From a virus, in the IMG/VR virus record IMGVR_UViG_3300011116_001125, positions 11,637 to 75,636 of that record: 64,000 nucleotides of DNA. The stretch is one strand, 5' to 3'. This document shows positions 36,443 through 46,531 of this stretch, piece after piece. A program made the translations under genes and the position numbers. The notes under the pieces were generated by a model. That model made no database searches. It was given only the letters and a program-made list of their open reading frames with translations, and was not told the origin of the DNA. Every line of letters starts with the position of its first letter. The first letter of the stretch is position 1.

Positions 36443-37918
36443 ATGCAGAATCTTGTAGCCCAATTACAAAATGTGCCCCGCGAAAAGTTGGTGGAGCGTC
36501 TAAAGGCTGAGCAGCGGTTGGTGAAGCTAGCGCAGCAGGATAAGGCCCGTGATAATTTTCTAGATTTTGTAAAGTTGGTTTGGCCCGGATTTATTGCGGG
36601 GCGGCACCATAAAATTGTGGCCGAGCATTTTGAGGCGATAGCAAAGGGTGAAACGCGCCGTTTGATTATCAATATGCCGCCGCGCCATACAAAGTCTGAG
36701 TTTGCGAGTTATTTGTTTCCGGCGTGGATGGTGGGCAGGCGCCCCGAGTTAAAGATTATGCAGGCTACCCATACAGCGGACCTTTCAATACGGTTCGGGC
36801 GTAAGGTGAAAACCCTTATGGAAACCGAAGAGTATCGTAATGTGTTCGGGGTAAAGTTGCGTAGTGATAGTAAGGCTGCGTATCGGTGGGAAACTGATGG
36901 TGGCGGTGAATACTATGCGGCGGGTGTGGGCGGTAGTATCGCGGGCCGTGGCGCTGATCTGTTTATCGTAGATGACCCGCATTCAGAACAAGATGCTATG
37001 AGTCCGGCGGCGTTGGAAAGTGCATGGGAATGGTACCAAGGTGGTCCGCGCCAACGTTTGCAACCCGGAGGTGCAATCGTGGTGGTTATGACTCGGTGGT
37101 CCGAGCTTGACCTTACCGCCAAGTTGCTGAAGCAAAGTGCTATGGATGCAAAGGCCGATAAGTGGGAATTGGTAGAGTTTCCTGCTATTATGCCAAGTGG
37201 CGAACCTTTGTGGCCTGAGTTTTGGAAGTTGGAAGAGCTCGAGGGTGTTAAGGCCAGTATCCAACTAAGCAAGTGGCAGGCGCAGTATATGCAAGCGCCA
37301 ACGGCTGATACGAGTAGCATCATTAAACGGGGTTGGTGGCAGCGGTGGCAAACTGAAAAAATACCCAAGCTGCAATACGTGATGCAAACATACGACACTG
37401 CTTTTCTTAAAACGCAAACGGCGGATTTTAGCGCCATACAAACGTGGGGCGTGTTTTATCCAAGCGAGGATAAAGGGCCGAACATCATATTGCTAGATGC
37501 TAAAAAGGGGCGGTGGGAATTTCCTGAGCTTAAGCGCATAGCATTGGAAGAGTATCAGTACTGGGAGCCCGAAACAGTATTGATTGAAAGTAAGGCGGCA
37601 GGTACGCCCCTAACCCAAGAGCTACGGTCCATGGGCATTCCTGTGGTTAACTTCAGCCCGAGTAGGGGTAACGATAAAATCAGTAGGGCAAATGCCGTGG
37701 CCCCGTTGTTTGAAAGCGGTATGGTCTGGGCACCCGAGGCCAGTTGGGCCGAGGAAGTGATAGAGGAATGTGCGGCCTTTCCTTTTGGCGAGCATGATGA
37801 TATGGTAGACGCCATGACTCAGGCGCTTATGCGTTTTAGGCAGGGTGGATTTATAACTCACCCCGAGGATTACCAAGATAACTACGAGGGGCCTCCCTCT
37901 AATAGGGTATACTACTAA
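36443..37918 (+). CDS. terL: Terminase large subunit
   Basis: INMPPRHTKS, IVDDPH, VVMTRW, YDTAF, IESKAAG, FPFGEHDDMVDA. Confidence 0.95.
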   Translation: MQNLVAQLQNVPREKLVERLKAEQRLVKLAQQDKARDNFLDFVKLVWPGFIAGRHHKIVAEHFEAIAKGETRRLIINMPPRHTKSEFASYLFPAWMVGRRPELKIMQATHTADLSIRFGRKVKTLMETEEYRNVFGVKLRSDSKAAYRWETDGGGEYYAAGVGGSIAGRGADLFIVDDPHSEQDAMSPAALESAWEWYQGGPRQRLQPGGAIVVVMTRWSELDLTAKLLKQSAMDAKADKWELVEFPAIMPSGEPLWPEFWKLEELEGVKASIQLSKWQAQYMQAPTADTSSIIKRGWWQRWQTEKIPKLQYVMQTYDTAFLKTQTADFSAIQTWGVFYPSEDKGPNIILLDAKKGRWEFPELKRIALEEYQYWEPETVLIESKAAGTPLTQELRSMGIPVVNFSPSRGNDKISRANAVAPLFESGMVWAPEASWAEEVIEECAAFPFGEHDDMVDAMTQALMRFRQGGFITHPEDYQDNYEGPPSNRVYY

Positions 37919-40402
37919 ATGGTCAAAAAGCCCTACAGCAACGTTGAGCGCACACAGCCCACCAATATGTTTCCCCTAGAAGGGGAAACAGATGCGGTGC
38001 CCATGTCAGGCCAACCCGTAGGCGATATTGAAGTGGCGGCGGGTCCAGGAGTAAACCCAGCGGATGCTGAACCACTGCCCGAGGATTCCAACGTAACAAT
38101 GACCGAGGATGGCGGGGCCATCGTCGATCTGAATGAAGATCAAAATGTCATGATCAGCTTGGGTTTCGGCGATAACATTGCTGAAATGCTAAGCGATACT
38201 GAGTTAGGGCATTTAAGCAGTGAGCTTAGCCAGTTAATCGAGGATGATGACGAAGGCCGTGAAGAATGGCGCGATATGTATGAAAAGGGGTTAAAGCTCC
38301 TTGGCTTAACATACGAAGAGCGCACCGAACCTTTCCAAGGGGCTACGGGTGTTACGCACCCCATTCTTAATGAGGCCGTTACACAGTTTCAGGCGCAGGC
38401 TTATAAGGAATTGCTACCTCCTGGAGGGCCAGTACGTACACGTATCTGGGGTAAGGCAACACCGGAGCTCGAGGCTAAGAGCCAACGGGTAAAGGAATTC
38501 ATGAACTTTCAGATTACGGAAGTCATGGAAGAGTATGACCCCGAATACGACCAGATGTTGTACTATACAGGGTACGGTGGCAGCACCTTTAAAAAGGTTT
38601 ACTACGATGGCTATTTGGGTCGCGCCACAAGCCCTGTGATTTTCCCTAAGGATCTTATTGTTCCTTACAATGCAAAGGATCTAATGACAGCGGAGCGTGT
38701 AACGCATGTTCTGCACATGTCAAAGAACGATTTGCGTAAGGCGCAGCTAAGCGGGTTCTACCGTGATGTTGATGTCGGTGAGCCGAGCTTAGAAGAAAAA
38801 GAAGATATCCAGCAGGAAACAAATAAAATTACGGGCGTAGAACCCGGAGCGATTAGCGATAACTACACGTTATACGAGTGCCATTGTAACTGGGAAATTC
38901 CAGGATTTGAGCACGAAGATGAAAACGGCGAGCCTACAGGGCTCAAAATGCCGTACATCATTACTATCGAACGCGATTCAGGGTTGATTCTTTCCATACG
39001 CCGTAACTACAAGGAAGATGATCCTAAGCGTCGTAAGAAACAATACTTCGTACACTACAAGTTCCTTCCGGGACTTGGGTTCTATGGTTTCGGGCTTGTA
39101 CACTTGCTCGGCAATCTTAGCCGTACAGCCACAAGTTTGCTGCGGCAGTTGGTAGATGCAGGCACCTTGGCTAACTTGCCTGCGGGGTTCAAGGCCAAGG
39201 GCCTACGTATTCAGGACATGGATAGTCCGTTACAACCCGGAGAGTGGCGCGATGTCGACGCTCCTGGAGGTAATCTGCGCGAAAACCTGTTACCCCTGCC
39301 CTATAAAGACCCCAACGCAACGCTTTTCTCACTGCTTGGGTTCGTTATCAGCTCGGCGGAAAAGTTTATTGGTACAACTGACTTAGGTTTAAGTGACAGT
39401 AACCAAGAAATTCCGGTTGGTACCACAATAGCCGTGCTTGAGCGTGGCGGCAGAGTAATGTCAGCGGTGCATAAACGGTTGCACTATGCCCAAAAGCAGG
39501 AACTTAAGCTCCTTGCTGAGGTGTTTGCAGACTATTTGCCCGAGGAATACCCCTACGATGTGGTAGGCGGTGATAAAACCATCAAGAAAAGCGACTTTGA
39601 CGAGCGTATTGACGTTGTTCCGGTAAGCGACCCGAACATCTTCAGCATGACGCAACGTATTACACTTGCCCAAGAGCAGTTGAAATTGGCTCAAGCGGAT
39701 CCGGCAAGCCATAATATGCAAGAGGCTTACCGCCGTATGTATGCCGCGCTCGGTGTGCAGGACGTTGAAAGCCTGTTACAGCCCCCGCAACAGCCGCAAC
39801 CGATGGGTCCGGCGACTGAAAATGCGCAAGCGTTGAACATCCCTAATGGTGCGCCGCAACTTCAAGCCTTTCCGGAGCAAGATCATGCAGCTCATATCGA
39901 AAGTCACGTCACTTTTGCAAAACTCCCCTTGGTACAAAGCACTCCAGCAGTTATGGCAGGCATTTTGGCGCACATTTTCCAACATGTTGGCTTCGCTGCG
40001 GAGCAAATTGTAAGAAAACAGAACCCCCAGATCGAGCAGCAAGCTCAACAAGGGCAGCAGCCTAATCCAAATCAGCAACCGCAAGGCCAACAGCAAGCCC
40101 CGTTGCCTCCTGAGCTCGTTGCTCAAGCTGCAAAGATCGAAGCTCAGCTAACAGCCCAGATTTTGCAGGATTTTGGTGGTCAGCAAGGCAGTGATGACCC
40201 GCTTGTGGCCCTCAAAGGTCGCGAATTGGATATCCGTGAGCAGGATAATGCTCGTAAAGCGGCAGAAGCGCAGCAACAGTTCCAGTTGGATACTCGTAAG
40301 CTGGAAGAAAAGCAGGCAACGGACCGTGAGCGTATTGCAACAACGCAAGATATTGCCACAATGCGCGTGCATGCTCAACTTATGAAAAACGGGTTGATGT
40401 AA
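37919..40402 (+). CDS. Portal protein (P22-like)
   Basis: 827 aa directly after TerL; HPILNEAVTQFQAQAY, FYGFGL, QPGEWRDVD. Confidence 0.88.
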   Translation: MVKKPYSNVERTQPTNMFPLEGETDAVPMSGQPVGDIEVAAGPGVNPADAEPLPEDSNVTMTEDGGAIVDLNEDQNVMISLGFGDNIAEMLSDTELGHLSSELSQLIEDDDEGREEWRDMYEKGLKLLGLTYEERTEPFQGATGVTHPILNEAVTQFQAQAYKELLPPGGPVRTRIWGKATPELEAKSQRVKEFMNFQITEVMEEYDPEYDQMLYYTGYGGSTFKKVYYDGYLGRATSPVIFPKDLIVPYNAKDLMTAERVTHVLHMSKNDLRKAQLSGFYRDVDVGEPSLEEKEDIQQETNKITGVEPGAISDNYTLYECHCNWEIPGFEHEDENGEPTGLKMPYIITIERDSGLILSIRRNYKEDDPKRRKKQYFVHYKFLPGLGFYGFGLVHLLGNLSRTATSLLRQLVDAGTLANLPAGFKAKGLRIQDMDSPLQPGEWRDVDAPGGNLRENLLPLPYKDPNATLFSLLGFVISSAEKFIGTTDLGLSDSNQEIPVGTTIAVLERGGRVMSAVHKRLHYAQKQELKLLAEVFADYLPEEYPYDVVGGDKTIKKSDFDERIDVVPVSDPNIFSMTQRITLAQEQLKLAQADPASHNMQEAYRRMYAALGVQDVESLLQPPQQPQPMGPATENAQALNIPNGAPQLQAFPEQDHAAHIESHVTFAKLPLVQSTPAVMAGILAHIFQHVGFAAEQIVRKQNPQIEQQAQQGQQPNPNQQPQGQQQAPLPPELVAQAAKIEAQLTAQILQDFGGQQGSDDPLVALKGRELDIREQDNARKAAEAQQQFQLDTRKLEEKQATDRERIATTQDIATMRVHAQLMKNGLM

Positions 40403-40403
40403 G

Positions 40404-42629
40404 ATGGTTAATCGCGGCGGCATTGGTGATTTGTTGGTAGGCCGTAAAATGGCAGGTTTGCCAACAGTGCAGGATGTGCAGACCTATGCCCAAGGCGGCG
40501 AAACTACCATTGAAATGCCGAAGTCGCTTAAAGAGTTGCAAAACTGGAATAAAACGCACCCCGACAAAAACCTCATGGATCAGATTTTTACTGACCGTAG
40601 GGTCGGTGTCGAAGGTGCTGAACCCATAGCTATGCCTGCCAATGTGGATGAGCTGACTGCTTTTATGAAAGCTAAACGTCAGGGCTACTCACACGGTGGC
40701 GAAACAAAGGCAATGGCCCATCACCTGCAAAGCATGGGGCAAGATGGGGATACAATACTGGCCCATATCAACCCAGAAGAAGCAGGTATTCTTAAAGCAC
40801 TTGGGGGGTCGGGCAAGCCTAATCCACATACAGGGTTGCCTTCTTTTGGTGTGGATAATGGCCCCGAAGCAGGAGCAACAGGTTCTTTTTCGGCTAACCG
40901 CGCTGCAGAGGCAGCTTCCGTACGCGGAGGTGATACTGTAAGTGGTGCTTCTACCTCTTTTGGTGGTGGTGGCGGTGGTGGCGGTGGCGGCGGTGGCGGT
41001 GGCGGTCGTGACGAAAGCTCGTACTCAGGGCCTATATCACGTTTTGGTACCGATGTTACCAATGCCAACATACAGGCAACACAACCTTCCACCGTTTCGC
41101 CTATGGGCAATTTTGATATCTATGGTGGCCTTGGTGGGGGCAGTAATCTTGTTTCGCCTGTACCTGCACCTAGTTTTACTTCCACTGATTTTTCAGCAGA
41201 TCCGTTTAAGGGGCCGTATGTAAGCCCTTTAATGACGGTTGCCCGTATGCAGGATAACCCTGTTTCTTCCACTTTTAATGAAAAAGCTATGGAAAGCCTT
41301 AACCCTTGGTTTCAAACCAAGGCAGCGGCGCTTCTTGATAGCATGATGGATAAGGGGTTAACTCCTTATTTTTCTTCGGGCAGCCGTACTGTTGCTCAAC
41401 AAGCAGACATTTATGCTAACCCTTCGCCTTATGGGGCGGCACCTCCTGGAATGTCAGCGCACAACTTTGGGCAGGCTTTTGATATCGGAGGCCTTACCAA
41501 CAAGCAGATGATCGACGCAGGCTTGATGGCCGAATCACAAGGCATGGGTTGGGGTGGGCGGTTTGCTACCTATGATCCGGTGCATTTTCAAGAAATGCCA
41601 AGTTCCGCTAGCCCTGCAAAATACGCGGCCTCAGTAGGGGTACCGATGTATAAAGGCGTTTCTGTTGGCGGGGTAGAAACAGCAGGTGCCACACGGCCTG
41701 AGCCATTTGATATGGGCAAGGCTATTACAGACCGCCTTTCTAGCGTGTTTACTCCAGGAGGCATTGGGTCGTTGGTTCTTGGAGCAGCCGTACCGCCTCT
41801 TGGAGCGTATGATCTAGCTGCAAATGTTGTGAATATGGCAGGGGGCACCCTGCCCACAACCTCCAATATGATCAACCAAAGTCTTGGCGTTCCTGTAGCG
41901 GAACCTGCGCAAGTACCTGTTGTTCCGCCGATGCAACCTAGCCGTCCTATAACACCAACACCTTCTACGGCAGTGGCAGACATCTATACACCTGCAAGTG
42001 GCCCGACTACACGTGGCACGTATGATGCGTTAGCCAATGTTGAATACACCTCCGGTGGTCCACCTACACGCGCAACTACGCCTGCTTCTATGCAAGTTGC
42101 TGATGCTTCCGGTAGCATTGTGCCAACACAAACTGCCCCTGCCGCACCGCAAGAACAAGGGTGGTGGGATAAGCTGTTTAACAATCCAGAAGCTGTGCAA
42201 AAGGTTTTGGAAACGGAAAATACGTACAATCCTGGATATGCCAATACTACAAGTGGCCTAACTAAAGAAGAATGGGCCAGTGAAATGCAAGTAGACCCCG
42301 ATACGGTAAAAGCTCGCATTACCACTATGAACGGCGTGCCTCAAGTAGATTGGTATACTAAAGGTCTAGATGAGGCCCTTGCTGAAATGGTAACAGGGCC
42401 GTTTAAAGCAATCGGCAGTGCTTTAGGGTTCGGCAAAGGTACGGCGGATGCAACACAAGTAACGCCTTATATTCCAACAGGCGGTATTGGTGATCATCAA
42501 ACGGCTGTAGCGCAAACTATGTTCGGCGGTTTCGAAGAAGAAATACCCCCTAAGAAAAAATCAATTTACGAAATATGGCCTACTGATGCAGAAGGTTATA
42601 CAGGGCCGTATAGCAAGTATCTCGTTTAA
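40404..42629 (+). CDS. Virion protein with M15-family peptidoglycan peptidase domain
   Basis: SGSRTVAQQ..IY, APPGMSAHNFGQAFDI, WGGRF..DPVHFQ; also the GDTILAHI...NPHTGLP motif. Confidence 0.7.
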   Translation: MVNRGGIGDLLVGRKMAGLPTVQDVQTYAQGGETTIEMPKSLKELQNWNKTHPDKNLMDQIFTDRRVGVEGAEPIAMPANVDELTAFMKAKRQGYSHGGETKAMAHHLQSMGQDGDTILAHINPEEAGILKALGGSGKPNPHTGLPSFGVDNGPEAGATGSFSANRAAEAASVRGGDTVSGASTSFGGGGGGGGGGGGGGGRDESSYSGPISRFGTDVTNANIQATQPSTVSPMGNFDIYGGLGGGSNLVSPVPAPSFTSTDFSADPFKGPYVSPLMTVARMQDNPVSSTFNEKAMESLNPWFQTKAAALLDSMMDKGLTPYFSSGSRTVAQQADIYANPSPYGAAPPGMSAHNFGQAFDIGGLTNKQMIDAGLMAESQGMGWGGRFATYDPVHFQEMPSSASPAKYAASVGVPMYKGVSVGGVETAGATRPEPFDMGKAITDRLSSVFTPGGIGSLVLGAAVPPLGAYDLAANVVNMAGGTLPTTSNMINQSLGVPVAEPAQVPVVPPMQPSRPITPTPSTAVADIYTPASGPTTRGTYDALANVEYTSGGPPTRATTPASMQVADASGSIVPTQTAPAAPQEQGWWDKLFNNPEAVQKVLETENTYNPGYANTTSGLTKEEWASEMQVDPDTVKARITTMNGVPQVDWYTKGLDEALAEMVTGPFKAIGSALGFGKGTADATQVTPYIPTGGIGDHQTAVAQTMFGGFEEEIPPKKKSIYEIWPTDAEGYTGPYSKYLV

Positions 42630-42643
42630 CAGGAGTAAAAACG

Positions 42644-42832
42644 ATGGGTTATCCTATTCCGCGCACTAAAACACAAACGCCTGCCGTTTCAACAGAGCAG
42701 GAAATTGTAAACCAAGGCAGTGTTCCATTGGCACAACCAATGTCGGCAAGCATTCCGCCTGCTCCTAAAGGTAGACAAAAGCCACGCGGCTTTGGTGCTA
42801 TGATGCGCCCACAGAGCTTTCTTGTTCGCTAA
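42644..42832 (+). CDS. Small hypothetical protein
   Basis: AGGAG RBS; ends RGFGAMMR. Confidence 0.55.
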   Translation: MGYPIPRTKTQTPAVSTEQEIVNQGSVPLAQPMSASIPPAPKGRQKPRGFGAMMRPQSFLVR

Positions 42833-42843
42833 AGAACTGTTTT

Positions 42844-43314
42844 GTGGATCCGTTTACAATTTTGGCAGGTGCCACTGCTATCTATAACGGCTTAAAATCT
42901 GCTGTAAGTGCAGGTGAGGACGTTGTAGATACAGCTCGCCGTGTTAGTAGCCTCATGTCAGAGGTTGCTAAGGTTGTACAACTTGTTTCGCTGCCACGAA
43001 AAAAGAAGTTGTTTCAGTCTACGCATGACTTTGAAGCGGAGGCTATGAAACTTTTTAGTGCCAAGGCTAAAGCAAACCAGTTGGCGCTTGATGCTAAAAA
43101 CCTGTTTATATCACAACACGGTAAAAGTGCTTGGGACTATATACAAAAGCAGGTAGCTGAAATGAAAAAAGAAGCGGCACGTCAAGCTAGACTAGAAGCT
43201 GAAGCCGCAGAAGAAGCAAGAAAAGATGCAATCTTTGTGGGTAGCATTGTTGGTGGGCTTATTTTGGCTATTGGTGTTATTGGGCTAGTGTTAGTGATTC
43301 GCGGAGCGCATTGA
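42844..43314 (+). CDS. Hypothetical protein with C-terminal transmembrane helix
   Basis: MDPFTILAGA...; coiled coil; hydrophobic tail. Confidence 0.6.
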   Translation: MDPFTILAGATAIYNGLKSAVSAGEDVVDTARRVSSLMSEVAKVVQLVSLPRKKKLFQSTHDFEAEAMKLFSAKAKANQLALDAKNLFISQHGKSAWDYIQKQVAEMKKEAARQARLEAEAAEEARKDAIFVGSIVGGLILAIGVIGLVLVIRGAH

Positions 43315-43841
43315 TGGATCTTCTTAAAACGTTTGGCCCGTTGATCGGGTCTGTTGCCCCTACTATCGCTACGGCGTTAGGTGGGCCTGTTGCAGGAATG
43401 GCAGTTAAAGCTATCTCTGGCGCTTTATTTGGGCATGAAGGTGCTACTCAAGACGATATTATGACGGCACTTGCTAACCCTACAGGGGAGCAACTTGCTG
43501 CGTTGAAAAAGATCGATGCTGATTTTGCTGTGCAAATGAAAGCATTAGATATCGATCTTGAACGTATTATGGCAGGTGACCGTGCTTCTGCGCGTGATAT
43601 GCAAAAAGAAACAAAAGATTGGATACCCCGTGCTTTAGCAGTTGGTGTTACTTTTGGGTTCTTTGGTATTTTATTCTACATGCTTATTTTCGGGCTACCC
43701 ACAACAGGTAATGAAGCAATGTTACTGATGTTGGGTGCTTTGCAAACAGCATGGACAAGTATTATAGCTTTTTTCTTTGGCGCGTCGTCTACCGATGCAG
43801 CACGGGATAAGATGCTCTATAATTCAAAGCCACTGGAGTAA
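43311..43841 (+). CDS. Putative holin (3TM, GTA-holin-like)
   Basis: APTIATALGGP, DRASAR, two to three TM helices, IIAFFFGAS. Confidence 0.65.
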   Translation: MMDLLKTFGPLIGSVAPTIATALGGPVAGMAVKAISGALFGHEGATQDDIMTALANPTGEQLAALKKIDADFAVQMKALDIDLERIMAGDRASARDMQKETKDWIPRALAVGVTFGFFGILFYMLIFGLPTTGNEAMLLMLGALQTAWTSIIAFFFGASSTDAARDKMLYNSKPLE

Positions 43842-43843
43842 GT

Positions 43844-44044
43844 ATGGACGGCTTGTACATGGTGGAAGCCATGCTTAAAATGATTCGGGAGCGGCGGCAG
43901 GTTGTCGTTGAAGCAATCACAGGGAGTTCAGTTCAGGACTTCGCCGCTTACCGCCATCTTCGTGGAAAATACGAAGTATGGAATGAAATGGAATCTGAAC
44001 TGCGCTCCCTGCTAAAAAGAATGGAAACCCTAGACGATGAGTAA
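43844..44044 (+). CDS. Small hypothetical protein
   Basis: DFAAYRHLRG motif; precedes GroES. Confidence 0.6.
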   Translation: MDGLYMVEAMLKMIRERRQVVVEAITGSSVQDFAAYRHLRGKYEVWNEMESELRSLLKRMETLDDE

Positions 44045-44507
44045 ACTCGTCCTGCCTGAGCATCTTGTAGAAAAACTGAATGCTCCTCCAAAAGAAGAAA
44101 CGTCGGCGCTAGAAAGTGCCTATGTCGCACCTGAAAAAGTAGTTCTTGATCCTAGCAAAATTGAAGCAAGCGTTCTTGAACGTATGCCACAACCTTCGGG
44201 TTGGCGGCTTTTGATCCTGCCCTACAAAGGATCAGCAAAAACTAAGGGTAACGTATTTCTTCCTGAAGAATATGTTGAACGTCAATCACTCGCTACAGTT
44301 GTGGCGTATGTGCTTGCTGTTGGCCCCGATGCCTATAAGGACCAAGCAAAATTCCCTAATGGCCCGTGGTGCAAGAAGGGTGATTGGGTAATGATTGGTC
44401 GTTATGCAGGCGCACGTTTCCGCATAGAAGGCGGCGAAGTGCGTATTATCAACGATGACGAAGTTATCGCAACAATCATTGAACCGTCAGATGTTCTGAC
44501 GCTTTGA
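44037..44507 (+). CDS. groES: Co-chaperonin GroES (Cpn10)-like
   Basis: PSGWRLLI, TKGNVFLP, VLAVGPDAY, KGDWV..GRYAG, RIINDDEVIA. Confidence 0.85.
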   Translation: MSKLVLPEHLVEKLNAPPKEETSALESAYVAPEKVVLDPSKIEASVLERMPQPSGWRLLILPYKGSAKTKGNVFLPEEYVERQSLATVVAYVLAVGPDAYKDQAKFPNGPWCKKGDWVMIGRYAGARFRIEGGEVRIINDDEVIATIIEPSDVLTL

Positions 44508-44522
44508 TGCAGGAGTAATACC

Positions 44523-45434
44523 ATGTCAGAAGAAAAAGTATCTGCACCTGAAGAAGATGTAGTAGAGGTAGAAGTTACCGACGATGGTAAAGAAACCAAA
44601 GCGGTAATTGTTGAAGCAAAGCCAGAACCCGAACCTGCAAAACCTTCATCAGAAGAAGATGAATTAGCGGGTTATAGTGAAGGCGTCAAACGGCGTATTG
44701 AAAAACTTACGTTTAAAATGCGTGAGGCTGAGCGCCGTGAGCAAGCTGCACTGGAATACGCTAAGAGTGTAAAAAGCCAAATGGATGTAGCCAATTTGCG
44801 TACTGCGCAGATTGACCTCACACTAAGCAGTGAAGCTGAAAATCGTGTTAAACTACAAGAGCAGTTAATCAAAGATCGGTTACGCACTGCTATTGACCGT
44901 GGCGATATCGATGGTCAAGTACAAGCACAACGTGATCTAGCAGAACTTGCTGTAGAAAATGATCGTGTACGGGCTAACCGCGCACGTAGCGAAGCAGCAG
45001 GCCAAGAAATTTATCGTCAGGCTGTTAACCCGCAACCGCAGGTTCAACAGGTGCAACAACCCGCACCACGTAGGCCCGACCCCAAGGCAGAAACTTGGGC
45101 AGAGAAAAATACTTGGTTTGGCGCAGATGAACCTATGACAATTACGGCCTTTAGCCACCACAAAAGCCTTGTGGAGCGTGAAGGTTTTGACCCCACCAGT
45201 GATGATTACTATGAGGAACTGGACAGACGTATGCGCAAAGATTTTCCGCATAAGTTTCAACCAAGCCGTGCCCCTTCCCAAGCTGTTGGGTCAGCACGGT
45301 CTTCAGCACGTCCAGAAAACAGCTCACGTATTCGTCTAACACCTAGCCAAGTAGCTATTGCCAAGAAACTCGGCATTAGTGTAGAACAGTATGCACGGCA
45401 GGTGAAACTCCTTGGAGAGAGCAATGATCGATAA
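44523..45434 (+). CDS. Putative capsid scaffolding protein
   Basis: Acidic N-terminus, coiled coil, C-terminal LTPSQVAIAKKLGISVEQYA; upstream of capsid genes. Confidence 0.7.
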   Translation: MSEEKVSAPEEDVVEVEVTDDGKETKAVIVEAKPEPEPAKPSSEEDELAGYSEGVKRRIEKLTFKMREAERREQAALEYAKSVKSQMDVANLRTAQIDLTLSSEAENRVKLQEQLIKDRLRTAIDRGDIDGQVQAQRDLAELAVENDRVRANRARSEAAGQEIYRQAVNPQPQVQQVQQPAPRRPDPKAETWAEKNTWFGADEPMTITAFSHHKSLVEREGFDPTSDDYYEELDRRMRKDFPHKFQPSRAPSQAVGSARSSARPENSSRIRLTPSQVAIAKKLGISVEQYARQVKLLGESNDR

Positions 45435-45882
45435 GACTTCTCGTTCTACGGGCACCCGTGCCGCCACTTCACGTGTCACTACGTGGAAACCCCCGTCCTC
45501 TTTGGACGCACCTCCCCCGCCGGAGGGTTATGTACACCGTTGGATTCGTGTAGAATCGTCTGGTGTTGATGATCGGAAAAACCTATCCGCTAGACTTCGC
45601 GAAGGATTTGAACTCGTTCGCGCCGAGGAATACCCTGACTTTGAAGCACCTACAGTCCAGGATGGTCGCCATGCTGGAGTGATTGGTGTAGGGGGCTTGG
45701 TACTCGCTCGTATTCCTGTTGAAATTGTTGCCCAACGTCGGGCTTATTACAATAAGCAAACGAGCGAACAGCTCAGTGCTGTTGATAATGACTTGATGCG
45801 GGAACAACATCCTTCAATGCCGATTATTAAACCTGAACGGCAATCTCGAGTCACTTTTGGCGGAAATCGTTCCGCCGAATAA
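45424..45882 (+). CDS. Conserved head-module hypothetical protein
   Basis: WKPPSSLDAP..P.GYVHRWIR, LREGFELV. Confidence 0.65.
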   Translation: MIDKTSRSTGTRAATSRVTTWKPPSSLDAPPPPEGYVHRWIRVESSGVDDRKNLSARLREGFELVRAEEYPDFEAPTVQDGRHAGVIGVGGLVLARIPVEIVAQRRAYYNKQTSEQLSAVDNDLMREQHPSMPIIKPERQSRVTFGGNRSAE

Positions 45883-45898
45883 CCAAAGGATCTAAGCA

Positions 45899-46516
45899 AT
45901 GGCAAACATCAATGCCGCGTTCGGACTTCGTCCGTACAACATGCTTGGAAGCGGTGCTAACACCAACGGCGATTCTGTATTCGTTATTCAATCAGCGGAT
46001 ACGGCAGGTACGTCTAGCGCGATTTATAACGGCTCGCCCGTTATTCCGCTCGCTAACGGCTTGATCGACATCGTCGGCGCAGCAGCGGGTGGTACAGTTC
46101 CGATTCTGGGCGTTTTCATTGGCTGCAATTACATTGACCTTACGGGTAAACCCCGTTGGTCGCCATATTGGCCTGGAACTGCTTCGGTTAAGGCAAACAC
46201 TGTTGCTACGGCAATGGTTGTTGCTAATCCGGATGCAGTATTCACGATCAATTGTGACGCAGCCGCAGCAGATAGCCTTATTCATGCTAACGCAAACTTC
46301 TCGACGGCAACGTCGGGCAGCACTACGTCGGGCCAGTCCTCGGCGCAGCTTGCAGTTAGCACAGCGAATACGACTAATACGCTGAATCTCCGCATCCTCG
46401 GTTTTGAAGACATTCCTAGCAGCAATGATGCTACTGTGGCAGGTCGCAACGCTATCGTGATGCTTAACAACCACTTCTACCGTTACTGTGCCAACGGCAC
46501 AGGCGCGGGCGTGTAA
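45899..46516 (+). CDS. Minor capsid / head decoration protein
   Basis: MAN..AAFGLRP, GVFIGC.Y; directly upstream of the major capsid gene. Confidence 0.6.
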   Translation: MANINAAFGLRPYNMLGSGANTNGDSVFVIQSADTAGTSSAIYNGSPVIPLANGLIDIVGAAAGGTVPILGVFIGCNYIDLTGKPRWSPYWPGTASVKANTVATAMVVANPDAVFTINCDAAAADSLIHANANFSTATSGSTTSGQSSAQLAVSTANTTNTLNLRILGFEDIPSSNDATVAGRNAIVMLNNHFYRYCANGTGAGV

Positions 46517-46531
46517 GGGGAGCATTGAACA

